From the NCBI GenBank assembly GCA_951406725.2, contig OX597815.1:176762001-176826000 (forward strand): a stretch of 64,000 nucleotides of DNA, given 5' to 3'. The position numbers and the translations under genes were made by a program. Positions 1 through 13,835 of this stretch are shown here, piece after piece; the stretch's first letter is position 1; the number at the start of each line of letters is the position of its first letter. This stretch comes from Octopus vulgaris. Lineage: Eukaryota. The notes under the pieces were generated by a model that was not told where the DNA came from, did not search any database, and worked only from the letters and a program-made list of their open reading frames with translations.

Positions 1-99
1 GTAGACGTCGGCGGAGTTTGAATTCATAACGTAAAGACAGACAAAATGTCGCTAAACATTATGTCCGGCTTGCTAACGATTCTGCCAGCTCGCCGCCTT
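1..99 (-). mobile_element. tRNA-derived SINE family A, 5' part (cut by window edge)
   Basis: Reverse complement reads AAGGCGGCGAGCTGGCAGAATCGTTAGC...GAATTCAAACTCCGCCGA, with A/B-box-like motifs, matching the other family-A copies in the window. Confidence 0.8.
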
Positions 100-1667
100 G
101 TAACACAAAATTATTAGATATCAATATTTACTCTGTTTTTAATTGAGCGTCAACTAATTATTCTACACTTTCTTCACTTTTATGGAGAAAAGATCAATTC
201 AGTGTTATTTTTTAAATTTTCATTATTTTTATGGTTTATTCAGAGAAATAACGGAAATTGTTTTGCAAATTTTGTACATCAGGGTCTTGTGTGGGATGGA
301 GAGGAATGAACGGAAAAATGATACAAATGCTTGCAACAGAGATAACTCTGCTAAAATCTTGGAATAACAATTCCAGCCCATGTGGCGTGCTGCCACAGTG
401 TTTCTATCTGTCCAATACTGCTAACGACGCTTCGCTTTGTTCAAGGTTATGGTAGGAAACGTTTTGTTCAGCAGAAATTGTTTGAACCTAGGACCATGTG
501 ATTACAAAACTGTTATATAGCACGGTCATATTTGTTTAGAGAGGTTTGTACTCTGCTGAAAACCAAGGTCGGTGTTGCGAGACTTATTTTATCTGGCTCT
601 GTCGACGATTCTGGGTGGACAACGGACTGCAAATATTGCAACGACCAAAAAGGCATAAAGGAAATAACTCAAATGAGTTTTGATATTTCTTATTTAGAGC
701 AGAGAGAAACTAACAATCACTATTAGCTATACCCAAAGAACATTGGAGATGATTCTTTTAGAATATAGAAATTTGAATTAATTTTCGGTCTTAGAAGACA
801 ATTTTGATCTTTGCTGGCAAAGAGAAACGATCTACAAGTTTCCTTCTTTTAGGCACATTACCTTATTCCACTAGTTTCGCCCAGGCCCAATATGTTGCAG
901 AGTCGAAAGAAAATAAGGCTTCTCATTATGTCATCAATATATTTTCGCTTTCTATTCTCAAAGAATTGCTGATATTAACTTCGATACTTAAATTTGAATC
1001 CTGCTTTAGTGAAATAAACAGTTTTATAATTAAGCCATTATCTTGAGAATAATCAGAGTTTAGATTGGATTAACAACAACAAATTCCCATTAATTCGAAG
1101 GAATAATTATCGAAATATTGTATGAAAAGTAAAGTAAAAAGAAAAGCTATTAAGCAGTGATAATAAAACACATATTTCTTGGAAAATTAGTTTAATATGA
1201 CTCATTTCGTATAAAAATGTATTTATAGGAATAAGACAAAATGATGATAGGACTCCAATTTCCTGTAGAAAATTTCCTCCTTAAAGTGTTTTGGCAATCC
1301 CTGGAAAATGGAAAAAAATAAGACAAATAAGGAATGGTATCTTCTATGTAAAATGATAATTTGTTTACGTACTGAATCCATTGATACGTAGGGTGTAATA
1401 AAACCTCCAGCACAATTCTTAAAATTCTATTCAAATTGTCCTGAGCCACCCACCAATGCTAATTCAATTATATCCCACATAAACTTCCACCAAGCTTTGT
1501 CGTTTCTTCAACAACAAAAACAAAAGGCAAGAATCCTGTTGGCTCAGCAGGACTATGGAGCTTCTGCTTAATTTTTGCATTACGAATAATATCAAATGCT
1601 GTTTCTGCTGAAACGAAACGTACCCAGTGTTTCGATAAAATCCGATGTTTTCGTGTTGTATATACAT

Positions 1668-1910
1668 CCTTTATTGTTTCAGTCAATGAACTGCGGCCAT
1701 GCTGGCGCAAAGAATCGAACGTTTTAGTCGAACCGATTGACACCCAATTCTTTTTCTTAAGCCAGGCCCTTATTGCATCCGTCTCTTCTGCGAAACTGCT
1801 AACAAGCAGGGAGGTAAACAAACCAACACTGTTTGTCAAGCGCTGATGAGGGAAAACACAAAGGCACACGACATAGATACACACGTACGCCACATTTACA
1901 CACATACATA
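1668..1910 (-). mobile_element. SINE family B, degenerate 3' half
   Basis: TGTTTCAGTCAATGAACTGCGGCCATGCTGG...TTGTCAAGCG matches the reverse complement of the family-B tail seen at 14990-15150. Confidence 0.75.
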
Positions 1911-2101
1911 CAATTTGAATTTACGTACACAATGTTTTATATCACCTGAGAAGTCACATCTAGAGCTCATATTACATAACCAAATACCTGCAAGTCTGGA
2001 GAACTACGTTGCGTAGAAACAATTGTAGTGTTTGCAAATAAATGTCCTAGCGTACTCTTTCTTGTTGACTCCATCTTATTCAATTATATATATATATATA
2101 T

Positions 2102-2147
<46 letters not shown>

Positions 2148-2152
<5 letters not shown>

Positions 2153-2350
2153 ATCCAAACAAGAAAACACTAAAAAACACAACAACGCGAGGACGTGGAA
2201 CAAATATAGTATTATTGGACGCTTAGGAAAGAAGGGAATAAGGGGGGTTTAACGTTTCGAGCAGAGCTCTTCGTCGGAAACATAGGAGAAGGAAAGATCC
2301 AGAGAGAGGAAGACAGAGGAAAAAATCGCCAACGATACACACGAGGTCAC
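2148..2350 (-). mobile_element. ~200-bp hammerhead-bearing non-autonomous element, subfamily H1
   Basis: Collinear with 27711-27916. Contains an HHR motif and its 3' end abuts (TA)n. Confidence 0.75.
2247..2281 (-). ncRNA. Minimal type-I hammerhead ribozyme motif (U4C core variant)
   Basis: Minus strand reads GTTT-CCGACGA-A-GAGC(TCT)GCTC-GAA-A(CG)T-T^AAAC: stem I GTTT/AAAC, stem II GAGC/GCTC, palindromic AACGTT at stem III. Confidence 0.65.
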
Positions 2351-2355
2351 ATTTT

Positions 2356-2506
2356 GACAACGGGGTAGGTTTAGCTAGAGCAAAGGACAGCAGGAGAAAA
2401 AATATAATGGGGATGTAAGAAGGAATAAAGATACTACAAAGGAAGGTCAGTCTATATCAGTGGTGACAGAAAATCTAGGTCAGTGTAGAAGGAATCTGTT
2501 TTTAAC

Positions 2507-2562
<56 letters not shown>

Positions 2563-3391
2563 TATATAATTAGGGCTTAGTAAAATAAATTACTTTGCCA
2601 CATACTGAACTTAGTAGAAATAGCAGCCCCAAAAAATTTTTTTAGCCGTTTCTACTACTTAAAGAAAATTTCTCTCAGATAATGTTTACTCCAGACAGCT
2701 CACGAAGGTTTGGAGGTAAATACAGAAAAATATCACAAGTACATAGATCGTTTGAGTACGTCAACGTTTCAAGATTAGCCAAGTAAAATCAGCATTTCTT
2801 TCGTCAGCTCAAAATTTCTTAATTTGGATTTGGAAACACTAAAAAGAAGGAACCTTACCTATCTGCGAACTTGTCGCTTCAAATGAACCAGCTCCAACTG
2901 ACAGTGCCAACAAATTCAAAATGCGCAGGCGTAAATTTCTGCACTCCTTTTCCACCCACGTGGTCTATCTAGCAAACATTATATTTTAACCGCGAGAACC
3001 GAGGCAGTATGACAGAGAGAAATGAATTATAATATCAACAATTGAGCGTATTGTTGATATTATATATATATATATATATATATATTTTGTAATATTTTGT
3101 GACAACCAGTACCTAACACAACAAAGCTTTTACATGTTACTTTTGACAATCTTTTTCTTAAAAAGTGAAACTGGTCAAGTGAATAAACATCTTTTATAAT
3201 TGCATTTTCAAACCTACTATCATATATATATATATATATGTTAAAAACATATTCCTTCTACACTGACCTAGATTTTCTGTCACCACTGATATAGACTGAC
3301 CTTCCTTTGTAGTATCTTTATTCCTTCTTACATCCCCATTATATTTTTTTCTCCTGCTGTCCTTTGCTCTAGCTAAACCTACCCCGCTGTC
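2356..3391. repeat. ~150-bp near-identical inverted repeat pair (2356-2506 and 3240-3391)
   Basis: GACAACGGGGTAGGTTTAGCTAGAGC...GGAATCTGTTTTTAAC is the reverse complement of GTTAAAAACATATTCC...CTAAACCTACCCCGCTGTC. Both inner ends abut (TA)n. Confidence 0.9.
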
Positions 3392-4074
3392 TTTCATGCT
3401 ACTATAGAATTTGGTCTGCAACTGTTAGATGCGAACTTAACCGTAGTCTGACCGGCATCTCTCCTCATGTTTCTTGGAACTTATATCCACATCTTTATGA
3501 GTAGATTTATCTTCTCTGGGATGTCTATAATTAATTTAAAAACTTTGTATTATTGGAAAACATATATAGTCTGCTTGGAATATTACTTCAAATTCATGGA
3601 ACTCACTCCTATAACTTCATAAGGATATTTACACTCTCTAAGATGTTAGGAAACCCTATATGAAATTTAGCTGAAGAATACTAGACGTTATATTTGCAGC
3701 TTTAAATAAAATGTTTATTCTATGAAACAATTGTACTAAACTACCGATCCATTCTTGTTGCTTTCTTGGTTATATATATATATATAGATATAGATATATA
3801 TGTATGTATATATGTATATGTATATATATAAAACTTACTTGGAAAAGGATGTGTGGCGTTCGATCATATAATAATATAAATAATATATAAATATATGCAT
3901 ATATAAATACATATATGTACATACTTACATATATATGTATACATACATGCATGTATGGGTAAAGGACATCAAAAAATGTTAAACACAATGAAAAACGAAA
4001 ACATAAAAACAAAAACATAGAAACGAACTTTTATCAAACAATGAAAAAAATACAGAAAAAACGAGACATACCTT

Positions 4075-4372
4075 AACCTCTACGTTATTAAGAGATAAAA
4101 AGCTTGTATGTGGACACAATATAGAAAGCAAATCTTATCTGTAATCTCGGGGCGACCAAAACCGTAACAAATATTTAACCACATATGGACATGATCCGAA
4201 AAGTTCAGTTCTTGAATTTAGACATGTGGCGGGGTTTAAGCTGCTTTTCCAGATGATCCATCTTTCCATATCACATAGACCGCACTTTCCACTGCTGTTG
4301 CTGTAGGGCTTACACTTGGCTAAGATCTTCCAATGGATGTTGCAACTGATACCTTTATCTTTTAAGGACACC
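4075..4372 (-). mobile_element. Penelope-like element fragment, C-terminus of GIY-YIG endonuclease
   Basis: ORF 4135-4371 reads LKDKGISCNIHWKILAKCKPYSNSSGKCGLCDMERWII...LNSRTELFGSC, with the W..L...Y....CxLC..E pattern of Neptune-type PLE C-termini. It parallels 37740-37930. Confidence 0.75.
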
Positions 4373-4960
4373 AGTCATATATGGTGGTTTTTGGAGCAAT
4401 GGCTCTGATTTTGGCAAGTGGTATTATATACCCTACCTAATCTTAAAATAATTTATATTGTGCTTGTAAAGGTGTGTACTTGCTAGCCACCTTATTATTA
4501 CTGTAACTAACGGTAATAATACTACTTTATTTAAATAAATATATATTATATATATATATATAATATATATATATAATATACAAACACACATACACACATA
4601 TTTCCCGAATTTCAATGCTTCCTTATTCATTTATATTTCCTTACTGACCTTTCTTTAAATTGTTATTAAAAGTTTTTCATTCCACACCTTCCCTAATATT
4701 TCTCTTATTTAACAAATATTACTTTACCATATTTTACTTTTAATTATTTAATCACTTTTGCTTTTTTTAATTATATTTCATCCATTTGATTTTAATTTAT
4801 GCATTATGAAATTTAAATGTAGCAACATTATTCTTTTTCGTTATCTTCCAGCTTGTTCTTATACTTGAATAATATACGCATGTGAAACGAACGTGTACGA
4901 AGGGATATATATAAGGGATGTGCATATACATGGTTATGCCTATATGTTTGTATATATGTA

Positions 4961-5013
<53 letters not shown>

Positions 5014-5053
5014 CACACTCACGCATATATGCATATGTGGGCACAAACACACA

Positions 5054-5092
<39 letters not shown>

Positions 5093-5209
5093 TTATCTAT
5101 CTATCTATCTCTATATATAAATCTATGTATATATATATAGAGAGAGAGATAAATAGATAGATATGTGTGTGTGTGTGCGCGCGTGTGTGTATGTATATGC
5201 ATATATATA

Positions 5210-5338
5210 CACACAAATATAATGTAAATGTGTATATATATATATACATACAAATAAAATGTATATGTATATATATATATGTATATATATATATATAAAT
5301 GTATATATATATACATACAAATAAAATGTAAATGTATA

Positions 5339-5374
<36 letters not shown>

Positions 5375-5460
5375 CACACAAATAAAATGTAAATGTGTAT
5401 GTATATATATATATATATGTAAATGTATATATATACATACAAATAAAATGTAAATGTATA

Positions 5461-5540
<80 letters not shown>
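5210..5540. repeat. Compound tandem repeat: ACAAATAAAATGTAAATGT motif x5 separated by (TA)n
   Basis: Motif recurs near 5213, 5250, 5317, 5378 and 5439. Confidence 0.8.
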
Positions 5541-5541
<1 letters not shown>

Positions 5542-7455
5542 TGATAACTGACACAGAGGAAAAATGTTATCACTACCATCATAGGGATGTGGTTTGGTCG
5601 AGTCAGTCTCTTGCCACTCTGAGCTCCATCTTCAGACAAGTTATGACTGATGGGATTTTCAAATGGAGAAATAGTTTCCATGGCAGCAGTTCTGGTGATG
5701 GACAGAAAATATGAGAAAGAGGGGAAAACGAAGAAGCAACAGAGAAGGAAGAAGAAAAGCTGAAGTTGAGTGACAGAAATAAAATGAAAAGAAAAAATAA
5801 AGGTGTGTAAGAAAAAGAAAAGGAAGATGAGAATTAGAGGAGAAGGAGAAAGGTAAGTTAAGGAGAGAAAATGAAAGGCTATAAGAAAAAGAGGAGTAAG
5901 CGAAAAGAAAAAGACGGAATGGGGGGCGGAGTAAAGGCCATGAGCTATCAGAATCGTTTGGGAAATGTTTAGCGGCACTGTGCCAGTTCCTTACAAGTAA
6001 GTCCAAGTGCCACCTGTAACAACAGGGCTTTTTTTTAATTTATCATTCCGGTGTTTATAAAGTTAAGTACTTGTCTAATATCACTTAGCTGACCTTTCGC
6101 CAAAATCAGGGAACAAATAGGGCATATGAAGGATCGAATGTATGCATCTATCGTCAGTTGCTATGGTTTCAGTGGAGCGTAACACACGTAATCCGATGAT
6201 CTTTCTTCAAAAAGACATATGTATATGTTTTTGTTTTTTTTTCTGGCAGATGGCATCCCTGGGACATTTTCCCATGTCATTATTCTGGTACTGAGTATGT
6301 TTATAAATTCCTTTTCTGAAGCAATGTGACAGGTATTTTGCAAACCGTTGTTTTGACATAAAAACCAACAACTTCAAGTCACCCACTATCAACAGAAAAT
6401 GTGTGCAGAGCTGTTTTCTTTTCCACAGCTACTTGATATGCCCTTCAGTGAGCCGACCAACATTTTATTCAAATAACCTACCCAACATTTATTATAACTA
6501 CTTTGCATGGATAAATGTGACGATGTTTATTTACTTGGGCTAACACAGTTAAGTGTGGTGTCATCTCAGAGCGAGTTAGTTAGCTTCTACTTAAAATCAC
6601 GTAATGCGGCTTGCAGCTGGACGCATCAATATTTTGAAGGTCTTCATGTCTAGACGTCACTGGTTCGTATCTAGTAATTCCGTAGCGAAGACATCTCTGA
6701 ACAGAGCAGTTGTCACATTTCTAAAGAAATGTCACGTGAGGGTGCAGACGAAATGTTTTGGCTCTGCTTTGTAAATTAAATTGAACAATAGTTTATCCTG
6801 CTTTTAGATTTTGTATTTTGGGAGGGTCATACTGAAATTACTTTATAACACACGCACTGGTTCAACATAAGTTTTTCATTGTTAGTCAATTGCTTAAATA
6901 TAAATCCAACAAACTAATCGATCGTTTGTTTAATGTTTAGATTAAATAAACAATCGTTTGTTTGTCAGTTAAAGTCCCTTCGTTGTTATTCGCGTCATTT
7001 GATTTGCCTCCGTCCGCAAAGTCCTCAAAGTCTGCGAGTATGTCTGTGTGTGTGTAGATATGTGCTTGCTTAAAAGGGGAGATAAAGCTTCCGTTTGCAT
7101 ATTTGCCTATGCAGTGAACTATGTTAGCAAACGACTATATAGCAATCACTCAGGTGGATTTATTTTCATTTTATTTTTTCTGGTGAGGGGTAGGAATTGC
7201 GTGGGTCTGTATGTTTAGTAGCAGCATCACACCAATGGTAAGAGTAGTACAGCATCATGGTTTTGAAAGAATTTTCTAGACCTCAATAGGAAAGAATACG
7301 TTTGTGTGGCAATCATTGTTGAGGTGGATACGTTCACGATTTGGACAGATGTTCGATAGGGTCATACTTGCGTGTTATTTATGTGAATGGAAGGCCTTAA
7401 TGTCTACTTGGTATGTATGGTTGTCTAAATGTTATGTTAAACACCTCCTATGTAA

Positions 7456-7544
7456 GCACACTGGATCAGGAGAGTGGAGACGTGTTTCTTCTGAAACGAT
7501 CGTACTGCATTACCTCTGATATCCTTGTTGCTTATTTTGACTAT
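7456..7544 (+). ncRNA. Degenerate hammerhead 3' half plus 40-bp PLE-like terminal sequence
   Basis: GAAA-CGATCG-TA^CTGC with palindromic ACGATCGT, preceded by hairpin GGAGACGTGTTTCT; the CUGANGA box is decayed. The downstream 40 nt match 34826-34866. Confidence 0.45.
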
Positions 7545-8494
7545 ATGTGTGTGTGTGTGTGCGTGTGTGTAAATATACACATACGTATAAATAATATAAA
7601 TATTTAATAATATTCTTTTCGGTAGGCAACACGCGGAGTTTAATGACCTAAATTTTGATAACTGATTGTAACGTACTGAAAGACATATACAAGGAATTCT
7701 GGGTTAATGACAAGTTTAAAGAAATTATTTGAGACGAAGATGGACTGATTCATTAACGAAAAATTATGAATTAATTGAAATGTACCTTAACAAACTAAAC
7801 AAAAGCTTAACTGTAATTATAATCGACGCTCGAAGAACAATTCAGGTAATTTCGAGTTCAAATTCTTCACAGAAAATCCGATGATTGTTCTCTGGCAGTG
7901 GTAGCGCCATAGACATGTTCTGTCCTATTGGGTCCCGCTTTTATTCATTAGTCTAACTAAGCCTCGAGCTCACTCGATCCATCGTAAACAAATTTTAGAT
8001 TTCCCCACCTAAGAATACAATTTCAATTAGTGAAATCAAATTTTAATTTCTCGAAATCATCTCACTGGTTCTATGAGAGTTGCTAATAATTACCAGGAGG
8101 TATATTTTGTCTCTTTCTCTTGAAAAAGGAAATTTATTGTTTATTATTTTGTGGCATTCAGTCGATATTGCCGTCAGTCACTTTTAGCTCATGACATGGG
8201 TACATTTCAGTTATTTATATTGGCACTATTTTATTTCTTTAAATGTTTAATAAAATATCTTTAATTACAAACTCAAACGAAAACAAAGTTTGGTGACAAA
8301 GGAACTCGTAAAAAACAACATGGTATTTCGCTTCACCATATAACAAATGACGCGAAACGCGACCGAAGGGAGTGTTGAGGACTAAAATTCTTCATTCAGG
8401 CAGATGCAAACGCATTTCGTTTGTCCATGTCGCATCGTTTTCATCATAATCAATTAGATTAGAAAAATATCCAAGATATACCGTCCGAAATACT

Positions 8495-8800
8495 GAGTCT
8501 TTCACCACGATGACAGACGTCAATAAAACATAACCTATGTTCAGTAGCCATGCTTGAGATGTGTGAGATATACCCAGAAATTTTCTTTTGGTGCCTCACA
8601 TATACCACGAAATATCCTGAACAATGATGAGGAGCTCTGTGTATGTAGCATCAAGATGGACATGAAGCTCATCTTTCTTTGACCAGGTTTGCGTTCCATG
8701 AAAGATATACGAAATACCCAGGTCCCGAAGAAGTCAAGCTTTGTTGGCTTCGGTACTTTTGATTAGCATATGACTTGAAGCTTGTTGTACGAACACCTGG
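8495..8800 (-). mobile_element. Decayed RTE-clade LINE, post-RT C-terminal region
   Basis: Minus strand gives SYIFHGTQTWSKKDELHVHLDATYTELLIIVQDISW and then SSMATEHRLCF..CHR, resembling the RTE motifs LLYGxETW...LDGTYTRLLR.V.NISW...RRLRFAGHC. Frameshifted. Confidence 0.5.
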
Positions 8801-9636
8801 CTTTCCCTTACGTGTCAAAATCTATTTTACTGCCAGAAAAAACAGGCGCTTAACATTCTTGACTTATTTGAGTTGTGTGCAATCGTCAGAACAAATTGGC
8901 AGGAAGCTTGCATCGTCGTTGATGGGCATGCGTTCTTCTTTTTGCAACGGAAAGAAGACAGACTTTACACTGCGTCCCACATTATAAGGCTAATCAATTT
9001 TATCTCAATAAATAAATGTATACCCGTTCAAAACCAGTTCTTTTCCCACTGACTGTTGTCAACACTTATCTGCGCACATTCTGTTAAAATAAATCAGATC
9101 TGCGCAGACGAAAACAAAAGGCGGCCATTATAGTGTAGCAGCAACATTTCTGCTGTCCCAAATTATTAGGCTGGTACCCAGTTTAAGTGTCATTATAGGT
9201 TGGAAACGTGATCTAACCTCGAATGAGAAGTCTATCGTTGTGTCAGAGCCTGAAAAAGAAAAACAACCATAGAAATATAAAAAATACTGGCAAGAGATCA
9301 CCGAAAAAAAAGAAGAAAATTATGCAGTCTCCTATTTCGGTTCGGTCAAGGAGAAGGACAAAAGAATCGTGAGGTCTTAACAGATGTACATTGTAAATTC
9401 ATCATCATTTCTGTCATTTCTGTCGTTTCACAACATAACATGTTTTGGTATGAATACTTCTGCATTTGCGATGTCGAGTTTTAGATGTCTTTCAGTGAGT
9501 GGTATGCATAAAGGCTCATTACATGCCACAAGATCTCCGCGAAAGAGAGATCTTGTGACATCGGTCCTCTGATGTTTAAAAAGGATAACTATGTGACATC
9601 TGTGCTCATGCCTGTGGTGGCCACCCCGGATCCATA

Positions 9637-9813
9637 TTCTTTTATTCTTTTACTTGTTTCAGTCATTTGACTGCGGCTATGCTGGAGTACCGCCCTTATT
9701 CGTACAAATCGACCCCAGGACTTTTTTTACCGAACCGCTAAGTGACAGGGGCATATACACACCAGCATCGGTTGACAAGCGATGGTGGTGGGGGGACAAA
9801 CACAGACACACAA

Positions 9814-9844
<31 letters not shown>

Positions 9845-10015
9845 TATTTAAAAAAGACGGGCTTCTTTCAGTTTACGTCTACCAAATCTACTCATAAGGG
9901 TTTGGTCGGACCTAGGCTATAGTAGAAGACACTTGCCCACGGTGCCACGCAGTGAGAATGAGCCCGGAACCATGTGGTTTGTAAGCAAGCTACTTACCAT
10001 ACAGCCACTCCTGCG
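9637..10015 (-). mobile_element. SINE family B, near full length (tRNA head, CORE-like ACCTTGGGCAAGT box, internal microsatellite)
   Basis: Reverse complement of the family-B copy at 14690-15154. Confidence 0.9.
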
Positions 10016-10017
10016 GC

Positions 10018-10066
<49 letters not shown>

Positions 10067-10179
10067 GTGCAAAACGCCCCCCGTCCAGTGGACGGTGCTG
10101 AGTTGTCGAACATTTAAACCAAATTTTCTCAAAACAACTTGTCCGACTGTCCCATAGGCCTCCCCTTTGAGAAACACTG

Positions 10180-10592
10180 AATTAACCTAAATTTTAGACA
10201 CCAGCAAAAGAAGAAATAAAGATAGGCTTTTTTTTTATTCCAAAGAAAAACGATTTTATTCACACAAATATTCAACCGAAGAGTTTAAAGTACCAGTAAT
10301 GATGAAGCTGTTGACTGGGAGAACACAAACATGGTTTAAACAGTAAGCTTGGCAGGAAAAAACAACAAAAAATGGAAGGTGCAGTTATGTACAGGTTGAC
10401 GGAAGAAAAGCAGGACAAAAACGGTTTTATCGATCGCATTCTCACCTGGAATCGATTTTAAAATTATTTTTAAAGACTTATACACGCACTGATACCGTCG
10501 GTATCTACATATCAAATTTGAGTGCAATCGAATGAAGGATGCCTGAGATCTTAGAAGGCACACACACATACACACAGAACGGATTTTATATA

Positions 10593-10596
<4 letters not shown>
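10180..10596 (+). mobile_element. Possible non-autonomous Helitron/Helentron-like repeat remnant
   Basis: Ends CAAATTTGAGTGCAATCGAATGAAGG...(CA)n...TTTTATATAAGAT in a (TA)n tract, a layout I recall for DINE-like elements. Not verified. Confidence 0.3.
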
Positions 10597-10663
<67 letters not shown>

Positions 10664-10877
10664 AATATATATATATTTGCGTAGAGTGATTTTCTTTCTT
10701 TGTTTTGCCAATAAACACGCACCTTTCCTATCATAGATTTTAGTCGCCCATTCTGTGATCTCTTCAGCGACTTTCCGTTTCTCTTCTTTCTATTCTCCTG
10801 GTCTTCTGTTCATTTCAGTTTGTCTTTATGTGGCCTGTATCCATATCTGCACGTGCATTTACGTCTGTACCTGTGTA

Positions 10878-10923
<46 letters not shown>

Positions 10924-12389
10924 TGCATACTCTAGGGACAATTAACCATAATTTAATTAGGAATATGATTATAAGTCTTCCGTACTGTCAATTAGAGATT
11001 ATATATATATATATATATATATAAATATATAAAGATGGAGAGAGAGAGAAGGGTGGAGAGAGAGAGGTAGAGAGATGGATAGATAGATAGATAGATAGAG
11101 ATTTTGCGTGTGGTCTTCTATATTTAGTTGTGCGTGTTACAATATTTAGTATTGAAGTTTGTCTCCTTGTATATCTTGGTGATGTTTGATTTGGATTTCT
11201 AATGTGAGTTCGCATATCTAGAGTGTATGTATGTATTTTGACTTACCTGTGAGCATATGGCCATTGGAGACAGATAGAGAGAAAAAAGACAATGCGTATA
11301 ATTGTAGGCGTATTCATGCAAACAATCAATGGTTAAATTGTGAATGTGGACAAAGTCAATCAGCATGACCGTAGCTCTGAGCTGAAACTACAGAAGAAAA
11401 AGAAAAAGGATTGAGTGTGTAGTTCTAATAATTACTCACTACATGTTTATGACCGAAGAATGTTATGCAGCGTAGAGGAAATCTATTCAGGAGGTGCAAT
11501 TTTTTGCAAAGTTGCTCATCCACAATCGCGGGCATATGGCGTAGTGATTTCTTATATTTAACAAGGCAGGTGTTACATGAACACATTATAAATTGCATGG
11601 AAGTTTACCTTAAGAGGTGAGAGAAAAGAAGAGTTGTGGGAGATGAGAGAGAAAACTACGGATAATCAACAGTTATATAAACCCATGTTGAGGCTGACCT
11701 CTTGATACAATAACGCCTCCAACTAAGGACATTCATGGAACCCCGTCCTCGTATCCAGGCACACAGTGACCACTAATGGCAGAGTCCGGCTATCAGGTAT
11801 TTCCTACCTACAACCGCATGCTTAGAATAGAACCATTTTTGCAACAGTCCCCAGCCATTTTACAAAAGATTCTATGGGTGAGCCCGAGCTTCTCTACTCT
11901 CTTGTTTCCAAGTGGATCGTAAAAAGTCGATGAGTACCTGACCAAACAGGAACTTGTCTGTTCCAAATCCTTGTAGCCATACCCATCAGACAGCTTCTTT
12001 GGAATAACCACTTGAAAGAAGAACATGATATAAACACGTTCTTAAGAATTCTCATGATAGATTCAGCAGATGGCTAACATCATACTACACTCAAGAACAG
12101 CTTTTCAAAACGTTTCTGTATCATTGTTTAATGCAGTACAAGTGCATGCAGATCTAATTCCATACTCCTACGCAAAAGTTCTCCGAAATAGACCAGCTAA
12201 TTCCACCTCACCGTCTTCAGTTTCCCCGAGAAATTCATCGCTCTTACCAATTTCTAGTTCGGTACCAGGTATATGTGATTAGAATGACACAACACATTGT
12301 GCGTAGTATTACTTGCATATAACTTTATTTTATGCTTATTACTTTAAAAGTCAGGAAGCTTTCCACGTATAGTTTCGAATCAATACATT

Positions 12390-12460
12390 TTCTTTTCTAC
12401 TCTAGGCACAAGGCCCGAAATTTGGGGAGAGAGGGGCCAGTCGATTAGATCGACCCCTGT
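12390..12460 (-). mobile_element. SINE family A, 3' tail fragment
   Basis: TTTTCTACTCTAGGCACAAGGCCCGAAATTT...GTCGATTAGATCGACCCC is the reverse complement of the tails at 41460-41520 and 47170-47232. Confidence 0.8.
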
Positions 12461-13502
12461 AAACAACTACCTCAGCAGGTTTTGAACTTGGAATATATGA
12501 GGTTAGAAGAAATTTCGCTGAGTATATTGACCGATTCTCTCACTGACCTCACGGTATCGATAAATGTATTAATAGCAAGAAAGATTCCTCTGATGATGAT
12601 TTTGAAAATAAAATTGATTATGGTGATAAATGAAAATGAACTTGTAAGTTTTCTTCACTACAAATCCAAGCGGCAGAGTAGCTTTGAGTCATTTCGGATT
12701 ATGGAAGTGAGAGAAATAAGAGAGTGATCTCCTATCATGAAGCAAGCCAGAAGCATTTTTCCACTTCAATCCCAGCGAGTTAACTATTTCTTTATGCATA
12801 ATTAATAATTGTCTGATTTTATTTTCAATTTATTTCATAGTTAATACGTAATTTCAATTTTCTGCAAGTTTGGCAGACTTTAAAGCAAAATATTAGTCCT
12901 ACTGTAAATCGAATTATATTTTATGGTGTCACAAAAAAGAATAATTGCTTTGCTACTGAGGTCCTTTGATGAGAAGACTTGTATTTCCACGAGATACAGC
13001 GACTGCTGTTATAAATCGCTTCATGCAATCCTTTCATCAGTGTCTCTATTTTATGCTTCATGTCTTACCTACACAATAGCTTTCATTATACGTATTATGT
13101 ATTTGCTTGAATCTTAATTTATCATCCATTTCTCGTTACTTTGAAATCAAAGTAAATAAAGCAAGGCAGGAAGTACGCTTCCACCTTCCTCTAACATACA
13201 AACCATGCATACATCATACAATAGAAAATACTTGTTCAGTGTTGAACTATGGAGATTCTGTGGGAATTTATCATCAAGTCGCAAACGGAACTTCGTTTCA
13301 GTTTCCATTGAAATAATTTCAATTTGTTTATGTTACTATAGCAAAGGCATGAAAGTCACAGAAGCCCATTCTGTAATTTTCTTAACATTCATTTGTGCCA
13401 AGAACAACATCAGAAAAATATATGTATATTCATATATTATTTTTATTACATAATAACATTTTTATCACATCTGGATATTTTTAATATATCAAGGTTAGTT
13501 AA

Positions 13503-13700
13503 AGTGGAGAGTGTGCAGAATCGTTAGCACACCTAACAGAATCCTTAACAGCATTTCGTCCGACTTTACGTCTTGCGTTCAAATTCCGCCGAGAGCGACT
13601 TTGCCTTTCATCCGTTTGGGACCCATAAGATAAATCTCAGTTGAGCATTGCGGTTGATTTAATCGGCTTATCCTCTTTCTCCTTGTGCCAGATATTTGAA
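13503..13700 (+). mobile_element. SINE family A (diverged)
   Basis: GCAGAATCGTTAGCAC...GTTCAAATTCCGCCGAG...GACTTTGCCTTTCATCC...CCTTGTGCC. Confidence 0.85.
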
Positions 13701-13835
13701 ATATTTGTCTGGCTTTGTGCGTGGTAAGGTGAGGGCGCTTGGTAATACCACTAAAGGCAGTATCATCAATTGAGTTGGTGCATGGAACAAAATGGAACAA
13801 AATCTATTTTCCATCAATACCAAATTTGCTTTACC

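Noticed and set aside
4797-5978. Long ORFs rich in YI/HT/CV (also at 19891-20529, 27648-28302, 57519-58218 and elsewhere)
   Set aside because: These are translations of stop-free microsatellites, not genes.
11700-12280. Possible decayed Gypsy integrase region
   Set aside because: Only faint resemblance (e.g. YSYAKVLRNRP); no catalytic motif or LTR could be supported.
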